54,818 bases of DNA. Origin: Prasinococcaceae sp. CCMP 1430. Taxonomy: Eukaryota > Plantae > Prasinodermophyta. This document shows positions 53,238 through 54,818 of the stretch, in pieces. How positions within the stretch are numbered: position 1 is the first letter of the stretch; each line of letters opens with the position of its first letter. Made by a program: the position numbers and the translations under genes. The notes beneath the pieces were generated by a model, which was not told the DNA's origin, ran no database searches, and saw only the letters and a list, made by a program, of their open reading frames with translations. The stretch lies in the NCBI GenBank assembly GCA_013416795.1, contig RQSC01000482.1:1-54818 (forward strand), read 5' to 3'.

Positions 53238-54752
53238 TTAACAGTGACCGCCGCAGCAGCCGCCGTATCGCATCTGCTCGCGTTGGATGATTTCGTCGGA
53301 CGCCTCCTTGTCGTAGCCTTCGTCGTACAGCTGCTTCCTGCGGGGGTCGCTGAGGACCTCGAGCGCCTCACCGCACTTCTTGAACTCCTCCTCCGCCTGT
53401 GCGCGCTCCTCCTCGCCCTTGCTCGCGTGGCGGTCAGGGTGCCACTTGAGCGCGGCCTTCTTGTACGCAGCTTTGATCTCCGGCGCGGACGCTATGGTAG
53501 ACGCGCCCAAAATCTTGTAGTAGTCGGGCCGCTTGGACTTCCTAAGCTCGAACTTCGCCCTCTCGAGCCTCTTGTGGACGCCCTTGTCCTCCGGGTCGAG
53601 CTTGCCAACCACCAGCTCGAGGTCGCTGATTGCGTCGTCGTGCCGCCCGAGCCCCTGCAGCGCGTTGGAGCGCGTGAGGTAGGCCTCCTTGCAGCGCGGG
53701 TCCGCGTAGATGGCATGCGCGCAGTCCTTTATGGCCCGTTCGTACTGCTTTGAGCGCTGGTAGCAGTTCGCGCGCTCGGCGTACGTGCGTGCGCGCAGGT
53801 CCTTGGCGCCGGGCGCCTTGTCCGCGGCGACGAGCTCGTTGTCGAGCACGGTCGTGAGGCACTCGGCCGCCTCGTCGAATTCGCGCCGGAAGACGTGCTC
53901 CTTGGCCGTCGCCAGGCCGCGCTTGAGCGTGCGCATGCGCTTGAGCGTGCGGGCGCTCTCCGTGTGGTCGGGGTCCATGCGCAGCGCCTGCGAGAGGTGG
54001 GCCTCCGCCTGGTCGAGGTCGGCCAGGGCGCACAGCGCCTTCCCCCGCACGCAGTACGCCGGCACGTACGAGCGGTGCTCGCGAATCACGCCCAGGCAAA
54101 CCTTGGACGCCTGTTCGGCGCGACCACACCCGAGCTCGCACCGCGCCAGCAGCATGTCGGCGTCGACGCTCTCGCTCACCGCGCCGCGCACCTTCAGCGC
54201 TGCGACGCGCGCGGTGTGTGCGTCGTGGGAGGCGAGCGCAGCCTCGGCGGACGACCACTCGGCGCGCGTCGCACGCACGGCCGCGAGTTCGGCCGCGAGC
54301 GACGCCTCGCCGGGGTGCGCCTCGCACGCTGCCAAGAGCTCCGTCTCAGCCACCTCGAGATCTCCCAGGCACGTCCGCGCCTTTGCCCGCCGCACGGCGC
54401 ACTTGTGGAATTCCGGCTTCAGCGCGAGCGCTGCGTCACACGTGGCAACACACGCGCCGTAGCGGCGCAGCTGGAACTCAGCGGCCGACTTGTTGCCAAG
54501 GTACACCGGCTCGGACGGGTCCTTCTCGCACGCGTCCGTGTAACACGCCAGCGCCTCGCGGTACTCGCCCGCCTTGAAGTGCCCATTCCCCTCGGCCTTG
54601 CGCTCAGCGGCCTCCGCCCTGAGGTCGCCCGCGCCGCCGTCCGCGGCCGCTGCGGCCGCCCCGGCCGCCTCGGCGGTCTCCGCCGCGGGACTCGCCTCGG
54701 CGATAGCGGCGGCCTCGGTCGCGACCGCGGCTTCGCCCTCGGGGGGAGCCAT
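53238..54752 (-). CDS. DNAJC7: TPR + J-domain co-chaperone (DNAJC7/TPR2-like)
   Basis: KAEGNGHFKAGEY TPR clamp, multiple TPRs and KRPDYYKILG...ALKWHPDR...LSDPRRKQLYD. Confidence 0.92.
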   Translation of the reverse strand: MAPPEGEAAVATEAAAIAEASPAAETAEAAGAAAAAADGGAGDLRAEAAERKAEGNGHFKAGEYREALACYTDACEKDPSEPVYLGNKSAAEFQLRRYGACVATCDAALALKPEFHKCAVRRAKARTCLGDLEVAETELLAACEAHPGEASLAAELAAVRATRAEWSSAEAALASHDAHTARVAALKVRGAVSESVDADMLLARCELGCGRAEQASKVCLGVIREHRSYVPAYCVRGKALCALADLDQAEAHLSQALRMDPDHTESARTLKRMRTLKRGLATAKEHVFRREFDEAAECLTTVLDNELVAADKAPGAKDLRARTYAERANCYQRSKQYERAIKDCAHAIYADPRCKEAYLTRSNALQGLGRHDDAISDLELVVGKLDPEDKGVHKRLERAKFELRKSKRPDYYKILGASTIASAPEIKAAYKKAALKWHPDRHASKGEEERAQAEEEFKKCGEALEVLSDPRRKQLYDEGYDKEASDEIIQREQMRYGGCCGGHC

Positions 54753-54818
54753 CGCCGCGTAGCGCGCTCGTCGCCGCGCCCCCGCACGCGGGCCGCGTGT
54801 GGCGCGCGCGCGCGCGGC

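Noticed and set aside
1-54818. CRISPR arrays, transposases, rRNA/tRNA genes
   Set aside because: No regularly spaced direct repeats, transposase/RT motifs or recognisable stable-RNA sequences were seen.

Overview
This is a gene-dense, very GC-rich eukaryotic scaffold. It is most consistent with a compact green-algal (prasinophyte-like) genome: short GT(GCG)...CTGAC...CAG introns, TGTAA poly(A) signals, plastid-type genes (YbaB/EbfC, CDSP32-like) and telo-box-like motifs in short divergent promoters. About 25 genes or gene fragments can be supported, mostly housekeeping: MFS, DAGK/LCB kinase, FolD, RINGLET-like DDT, DBP7, RCC1-HECT, CENP-C, MEST-like hydrolase, Gemin2, ankyrin-MYND, SDR, NSF, UBC6-like, COQ2 and DNAJC7. 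The most unusual items are (1) three reprolysin/ADAM-like (M12B) metalloproteases with acidic His-rich prodomains, extremely Gly-rich basic catalytic domains and two different unrecognised Cys-repeat tails, (2) a receptor-like inositol 5-phosphatase with a TM-Cys loop-TM-split HAMP-coiled coil input module, and (3) a PfkB kinase running into FolD. The assembly is draft quality (N gaps, single-N joins, poly-G/C runs, an ~850-bp perfect palindrome), so several oddities may be artefacts and are flagged as such. All family assignments come from motif recognition by eye, not from database searches.
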